64,000 bases of DNA, taken from the NCBI GenBank assembly GCA_020629135.1, contig JAHDDX010000003.1, positions 19,581 to 83,580 of the forward strand, written 5' to 3'. The position numbers and the translations under genes were made by a program. A model generated the notes under the pieces. The model was not told the DNA's origin, made no database searches, and saw nothing but the letters and a program-made list of their open reading frames with translations. Shown here piece by piece: positions 59,154-64,000 of this stretch. Every line of letters starts with the position of its first letter. Within the stretch, counting starts at the first letter, position 1. The DNA comes from Hellea sp. (GTDB lineage Bacteria; Pseudomonadota; Alphaproteobacteria; Caulobacterales; Maricaulaceae).

Positions 59154-60494
59154 ATGCAGATTAAAGAAGTTGAAGCAGAAGGTTTAAAGCGGACCTACGC
59201 GGTGACAGTTCCCAAAGAAGAGCTGTCTGAAAAGCTGGACGCCAAGATCAAGGAAATGCAGCCACAGGTTAGCTTGAAAGGGTTTCGTCCCGGCAAAGTC
59301 CCAACAAGCCATATCCGGAAAATGTTTGGTCAATCCATTATGAAAGATGTGGTTGAGGACGTTGTTAACGAATCCAGCCAGCAAGCAATCAACGACAATA
59401 AAATCCGTCCGGCGGGTCAGCCCAAAATTGACCTGCGCGCGAACGGCGAAGAAGTTACAAATGGCGAAGCGGATTTGGAATATCAACTGACTGTTGAAAT
59501 GATCCCTGAATTTGAACCGGCTGATCCTGAGAAACTTAAGTTCACGCGTTTGACATCTGAAATCACAGACGATGTTGTAACCGAACGCCTGGGCACTTTG
59601 GCTGAAGGGCAAAAGACTTATAAAAAGAAAGCCAAAACGGCTAAAGCCAAAAATGAGGATGCTGTACTCATCAATTTTGTTGGACGTATTGACGGCGAAG
59701 CTTTTGAAGGCGGCTCACTCGACGAGCATGAGCTGGTTCTCGGATCAGGGTCTTTCATTCCAGGGTTTGAAGATCAACTGGTTGGGGCTAAAGCCGGCGA
59801 TAAGTTGGATGTTACAGTGACATTCCCTGAAAACTATCAGGCAGCTGACTTAGCCGGAAAAGAAGCCGTGTTTGAAACAGAAGTTATCGAAGTTCGCGGG
59901 GCGAAGCCTGCTGAAGTCGATGATGCACTGGCTGAGCGGTTTGGGTTCGAGAACCTGGAAAAATTGACTGAAACCGTCAAAGAGCAGGTTGAAAACGAAT
60001 ACACCATGCAAAGCCGCATGAAGCTAAAGCGTGCGATTTTGGATGAGCTGGACAAAAAGCACAAATTTGATTTGCCGCCAGGCATGGTCGAAGCTGAGTT
60101 CTCCGCTATCTGGCAACAGGTTCAGGCTGAGAAAGAAGCCGGTAATCTTGACGAAGAAGATGCCAAGAAAACGGACAAACAGCTTGAAAAAGACTATCGC
60201 AAGATCGCCGAGCGCCGAGTGCGTTTGGGATTGGTTTTGGCTGAGATGGGTCAAAAAGCTGATGTTCAAATTTCAAATGAAGAATTACAGCAAGCCATGG
60301 TCGCCGAGGCGCGTCAATTCCCAGGGCAGGAACAGCAGGTTTTTGAGTTTTACCAAAAGAACCCGCAAGCTGTCGCTCAACTCCGAGCCCCTATCTATGA
60401 AGAGAAGGTCGTTGATTTGATTATCGAGAAGGCCAAAGTCACAGATAAAAAAGTTGAGAAAGACGTTTTGTTTGAAGAAGACGAGATGATTTAA
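59154..60494 (+). CDS. tig: Trigger factor
   Basis: MQIKEVEAEGLKRTY..., the ribosome-binding GFRPGKVP motif and a central FKBP-type PPIase domain. The track ORF starts upstream at 59094. Confidence 0.95.
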   Translation: MQIKEVEAEGLKRTYAVTVPKEELSEKLDAKIKEMQPQVSLKGFRPGKVPTSHIRKMFGQSIMKDVVEDVVNESSQQAINDNKIRPAGQPKIDLRANGEEVTNGEADLEYQLTVEMIPEFEPADPEKLKFTRLTSEITDDVVTERLGTLAEGQKTYKKKAKTAKAKNEDAVLINFVGRIDGEAFEGGSLDEHELVLGSGSFIPGFEDQLVGAKAGDKLDVTVTFPENYQAADLAGKEAVFETEVIEVRGAKPAEVDDALAERFGFENLEKLTETVKEQVENEYTMQSRMKLKRAILDELDKKHKFDLPPGMVEAEFSAIWQQVQAEKEAGNLDEEDAKKTDKQLEKDYRKIAERRVRLGLVLAEMGQKADVQISNEELQQAMVAEARQFPGQEQQVFEFYQKNPQAVAQLRAPIYEEKVVDLIIEKAKVTDKKVEKDVLFEEDEMI

Positions 60495-60516
60495 GCTTGA
60501 TCACGATGATTTTACT

Positions 60517-60545
60517 AAGCCCGGCCTATTGGTCGGGTTTTTTTA
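60517..60545 (+). terminator. Rho-independent terminator after tig
   Basis: GCCCGGCC-TATT-GGTCGGGT hairpin followed by a T7 run. Confidence 0.75.
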
Positions 60546-60657
60546 TGAAAAACTGGCACGCATCTTGAACAATTTTCAATTGTGTCAATATACAGGTAAT
60601 ACTTTCGTTTAACAGTCACCCTTAGAAGTGATTCTTTTCTAGATTAGGACCGAACCC

Positions 60658-61275
60658 ATGCAAGATCCCATCGACCAATATATGAACCTTGTTCCCACCG
60701 TGGTGGAGCAGTCTAGCCGGGGCGAACGGGCCTTCGATATTTTCTCCAGACTATTACGGGACAGAGTAATCTTTTTGACCGGCCCGGTCGAAGACGGGAT
60801 GGCAAGCGTCGTCACAGCGCAATTGCTGTTTCTGGAGTCAGAAAATCCGAAAAAAGAAATTTCAATGTATATCAATTCGCCCGGCGGCGTCGTGACGTCC
60901 GGCATGGCGATCTATGACACGATGCAATATATTAAGTGTCCAGTATCAACAGTTTGCATCGGGCAGGCGGCCTCAATGGGATCTCTATTATTATCGGCCG
61001 GTGAGCCGGGCATGCGGGTCGCATTGCCAAACGCACGGATTATGGTTCACCAGCCATCTGGTGGGTTCCGTGGTCAGGCTTCGGATATCGAACGTCATGC
61101 GCAGGACATTCTGGCCATGAAGAAACGCCTCAATCAAATTTATGTGAAACATACGGGGCAGAAGCTCGCAACAATTGAAAAGACATTGGATCGGGATCAC
61201 TTTATGACCGCAAAAGAAGCCCATGATTTCGGAATTGTTGACCATGTTTACACGCATAGGGATGAAGATTCTTAA
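60658..61275 (+). CDS. clpP: ATP-dependent Clp protease proteolytic subunit
   Basis: 205 aa with catalytic-triad contexts GQAASMGS and MVHQPSGG. Confidence 0.97.
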   Translation: MQDPIDQYMNLVPTVVEQSSRGERAFDIFSRLLRDRVIFLTGPVEDGMASVVTAQLLFLESENPKKEISMYINSPGGVVTSGMAIYDTMQYIKCPVSTVCIGQAASMGSLLLSAGEPGMRVALPNARIMVHQPSGGFRGQASDIERHAQDILAMKKRLNQIYVKHTGQKLATIEKTLDRDHFMTAKEAHDFGIVDHVYTHRDEDS

Positions 61276-61437
61276 TTTTGGGTCATAATATTGGACTTGC
61301 GAAGCGTATAAAAAACGTGTCGAATAAGGATAAGTAAGGCATTTGTAAGGAAACTGTCGTAAATTGAACCAGATAATTGGGGAAATTGCGGCATCGAAAT
61401 TGCAAATCCGACCGCAAACACAACGGGTTGAAATAAA

Positions 61438-62700
61438 ATGAGTAAATCAGGTAGCGACGCTAAAAATACGCTTTACTGCTCTTTTTGCGGCAAAAGTCAG
61501 CATGAAGTCAGAAAGCTGATTGCGGGTCCAACAGTCTTTATATGTGATGAATGTGTCGAGCTCTGCATGGATATTATCCGTGAAGAGGGTAAAGGCTCAA
61601 TCGCTAAATCGCAGGAAGGCGTGCCAACCCCGCAGGAAATTTGTGAAATTCTCGATGATTATGTCATTGGACAAGCCTTCGCAAAACGTGTTCTCTCAGT
61701 CGCTGTTCACAACCATTATAAACGCCTCAATCACGCCACCGCCGAGCCTGAGGTGGAATTGGCGAAATCCAATATTCTTCTGATCGGTCCAACGGGCTGT
61801 GGTAAAACGCTTTTGGCACAAACGCTGGCGCGTATTCTGGATGTACCATTTACTATGGCGGACGCCACAACCTTGACCGAAGCCGGATATGTCGGTGAAG
61901 ACGTTGAAAATATTATTCTGAAACTACTGCAATCGGCGGATTACAATGTTGAACGTGCGCAACGCGGCATCGTCTATATTGACGAAGTCGACAAAATCAG
62001 TCGCAAGTCAGATAACCCGTCGATTACGCGTGATGTTTCAGGTGAGGGTGTTCAGCAGGCCTTGCTGAAAATTATGGAAGGCACGGTTGCCTCCGTTCCA
62101 CCGCAAGGCGGACGCAAACATCCGCAGCAGGAATTCCTACAGGTCGACACAACCAATATTTTATTTGTCGTTGGCGGCGCATTTGCGGGCCTGGATAAGG
62201 TTATCTCCAATCGCGGCGAAGGTTCAACGATTGGCTTTGGCGCTCAGATCAAAAATATTGATGAGCGTCGCGTCGGTGAAATCCTGCGTGAAGTTGAACC
62301 AGATGATTTGTTGAAGTTTGGTCTAATTCCGGAATTTGTTGGTCGTCTGCCGGTTATTGCAACCCTCGAAGATCTCGATGAAGACGCCTTGATCAAGATT
62401 TTGACTGAGCCGAAAAACGCATTAGTCAAACAATATCAGACCTTGTTTGGCATGGAAGAGGTGAAGCTGAGCTTTTCCGACGACGCCTTAAGTGAAATTG
62501 CTAAAAAGGCGATTGCACGTAAGACAGGCGCTCGTGGTTTGCGCTCTATCATGGAAGGCATTTTGCTGGATACGATGTTTAATCTGCCGACATATGATGG
62601 TGTCGAAGAAGTCGTGATCAATGGCGAAGTTGTCAGTGGCACGGCGCAACCGCTTCTGATTTATACGGACAGAAAACAATCGTCAGAAAAAGCGTCGTAA
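61438..62700 (+). CDS. clpX: ATP-dependent Clp protease ATP-binding subunit ClpX
   Basis: Zinc-binding CSFCGK...CDEC, Walker A GPTGCGKT, Walker B VYIDEVDK. Confidence 0.97.
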   Translation: MSKSGSDAKNTLYCSFCGKSQHEVRKLIAGPTVFICDECVELCMDIIREEGKGSIAKSQEGVPTPQEICEILDDYVIGQAFAKRVLSVAVHNHYKRLNHATAEPEVELAKSNILLIGPTGCGKTLLAQTLARILDVPFTMADATTLTEAGYVGEDVENIILKLLQSADYNVERAQRGIVYIDEVDKISRKSDNPSITRDVSGEGVQQALLKIMEGTVASVPPQGGRKHPQQEFLQVDTTNILFVVGGAFAGLDKVISNRGEGSTIGFGAQIKNIDERRVGEILREVEPDDLLKFGLIPEFVGRLPVIATLEDLDEDALIKILTEPKNALVKQYQTLFGMEEVKLSFSDDALSEIAKKAIARKTGARGLRSIMEGILLDTMFNLPTYDGVEEVVINGEVVSGTAQPLLIYTDRKQSSEKAS

Positions 62701-62779
62701 ACGCTGTAAAAAAACAGGTGAATGTGTGACTTTTTGCGTGGCAAAGGGTTGAATTCATCGGCGCTTGATCCCACGTAAT

Positions 62780-62809
62780 CTTGAATAAGCATGGCACGGC
62801 CATTGCATA
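62780..62809 (+). promoter_or_regulatory. Possible sigma-32-type heat-shock promoter upstream of lon
   Basis: CTTGAA (62780-62785), then 14 nt, then GCCATTGCA. This resembles CTTGAA-N13-17-CCCCATnT only partially. Confidence 0.3.
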
Positions 62810-62827
62810 TAAAGATTGAGGATGACT

Positions 62828-64000
62828 ATGTCTGAGACGCTCACATTACCGGTTTTACCTTTACGCGATATCGTGGTCTTCCCACATATGGTGGTGCCTC
62901 TTTTTGTGGGTCGTGATAAGTCGATTAAAGCGCTCGAAGCGGTTATGCAGCAGGAAAAACAGATTTTTCTGCTCACACAGAAAGATCCTTCATTAGATGA
63001 GCCGACAACGGATGATGTTCATCAGCAGGGCTGTGTTGCCAAAATCATGCAATTGCTGAAACTGCCCGATGGTACCGTACGTGTGCTGGTTGAGGGTCAG
63101 GCGCGCGGTGCCGTATCCTCCTTCACATCTACGGAAGAGTATTTCGAAGCGGTATTGGTTTTGTCCCAAGATCAATCAGGTGATGCGACTGAGATCGATG
63201 CATTGGCCAAGACTGTTTTGAAGAAATTCGGTAATTACACCAAGCTCAATAAAAAAATCGCTGAAGAAGTTGAAACAACTGTCAGCGAGACCAGCGATCC
63301 AGGCAAGCTGAGTGATATCATTGCTGTGCATCTTAATGCCAAACTGGATGAAAAACAGGCGCTTTTATCAGAGCTGAAAGTTGCTGGGCGTCTGGAGAAA
63401 ATTCTCGACCTGATAGAAGCCGAATTAAGTGTCCTCAAAGTCGAAAAGAAAATCCGGGGGCGTGTCAAACGCCAGATGGAAAAGACACAACGCGAATATT
63501 ATCTCAATGAACAAATGAAAGCCATTCAGTCGGAACTGGGGGATGGTGATGCACCTGACGAGATTGCCGAGTTAAAACAAAAAATTGACGATACGAAGTT
63601 TTCAAAGGAAGCCCGTGAAAAGGCAGAAGCAGAGCTTAAAAAACTCAAGCAGATGAGCCCGATGTCGGCAGAGGCTAATGTCTCCCGCAACTATATTGAT
63701 TGGATGTTATCCGTTCCTTGGGGCAAGAAGAAACGTCTGCGTAAAGATCTCAAGCAAGCTCAGGATATTCTGGACGCGGATCATTACGGGCTTGAGAAAG
63801 TCAAAGATCGGATTATTGAACATCTGGCTGTTCAGACCCGTACTAAAAAAGTCAAAGGCCCGATTTTGTGCCTGGTTGGGCCTCCTGGTGTTGGTAAAAC
63901 CTCACTCGGAAGGTCAATCGCCCGCGCAACGGGACGCGAATTTGTGCGCGTATCGCTTGGCGGCGTTCGGGACGAATCTGAAATACGGGGCCACCGACGC
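62828..64000 (+). CDS. lon: ATP-dependent protease Lon (N-terminal 391 codons; continues beyond the window)
   Basis: Own translation from ATG 62828: MSETLTLPVLPLRDIVVFPHMVVPLFVGRDKS... It continues through the LON N-domain and coiled coil to Walker A GPPGVGKTS near the window end. It has no stop codon in the window, so it is absent from the track. Confidence 0.95.
   Translation, partial: MSETLTLPVLPLRDIVVFPHMVVPLFVGRDKSIKALEAVMQQEKQIFLLTQKDPSLDEPTTDDVHQQGCVAKIMQLLKLPDGTVRVLVEGQARGAVSSFTSTEEYFEAVLVLSQDQSGDATEIDALAKTVLKKFGNYTKLNKKIAEEVETTVSETSDPGKLSDIIAVHLNAKLDEKQALLSELKVAGRLEKILDLIEAELSVLKVEKKIRGRVKRQMEKTQREYYLNEQMKAIQSELGDGDAPDEIAELKQKIDDTKFSKEAREKAEAELKKLKQMSPMSAEANVSRNYIDWMLSVPWGKKKRLRKDLKQAQDILDADHYGLEKVKDRIIEHLAVQTRTKKVKGPILCLVGPPGVGKTSLGRSIARATGREFVRVSLGGVRDESEIRGHRR

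Noticed and set aside
60554-60569. A sigma-54-like -24/-12 element (TGGCACG-N4-TTGA) upstream of clpP, overlapping a CTTGAA sigma-32-like -35 box.
   Set aside because: - The conserved C of the -12 GC dinucleotide is missing (TTGA instead of TTGC).
- It is a single occurrence, and both enhancer-binding-protein homologs in the window lack GAFTGA.
- The downstream -10 region (CAATATAC) also fits sigma-32 consensus poorly.
1-64000. A search by eye for CRISPR arrays, toxin-antitoxin pairs, restriction or defence genes, IS elements and rRNA.
   Set aside because: I saw no regularly spaced short repeats, no transposase or integrase-like translations, no small paired ORFs with TA features and no defence-type domains. 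The RatA-like gene is the conserved lipA-linked SRPBCC gene and has no antitoxin partner.

Overview
This 64 kb window is a chromosomal segment with alphaproteobacterial gene order. I call about 58 protein-coding genes and one tRNA-Leu. I found no transposase, integrase, phage gene, CRISPR array or rRNA.

Most of the window is conserved core:
- 1-8 kb: partial RND efflux adaptor, hydrolase/DUF1499, folE, fpr, lptD, lrp-ald.
- 31.9-54.7 kb: ftsB-pdhA-(MAPEG)-pdhB-pdhC-lpd, lipA-ratA, cinA-ispDF, then dusB-ntrBC-ntrYX-trkAH-hfq-hflX.
- 54.7-64 kb: mazG, ccmABCD plus ccmE, a dedA-like gene, and tig-clpP-clpX-lon.

The accessory part lies at about 8-31 kb. It holds hutUH and a complete N-acetylglucosamine/chitooligosaccharide utilisation locus:
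- a lipoprotein GH20 chitobiase, nagA, a SIS-type NagB-II and a GntR-type NagQ regulator;
- a TonB-dependent receptor, a glucokinase-family kinase and nagX;
- an SSF transporter and acs.

Three promoter regions in this locus carry TGGTATT-N4-TGGTATT direct repeats, which match the described NagQ box.

The most interesting content sits inside this locus. Directly downstream of the TonB-dependent receptor are a SapC-family gene and two tandem flavin-dependent halogenase-like paralogs. This module has no established function. The nagB-nagA-hex operon also contains a divergent 6-phosphogluconolactonase-like gene.

Outside the locus:
- The NtrC homolog has lost the segment that carries the GAFTGA sigma-54 contact loop.
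- A 34-aa ccmD was missed by the ORF track.
- A MAPEG gene splits pdhA from pdhB.

All calls rest on reading the translations and DNA by eye. No database search was possible.
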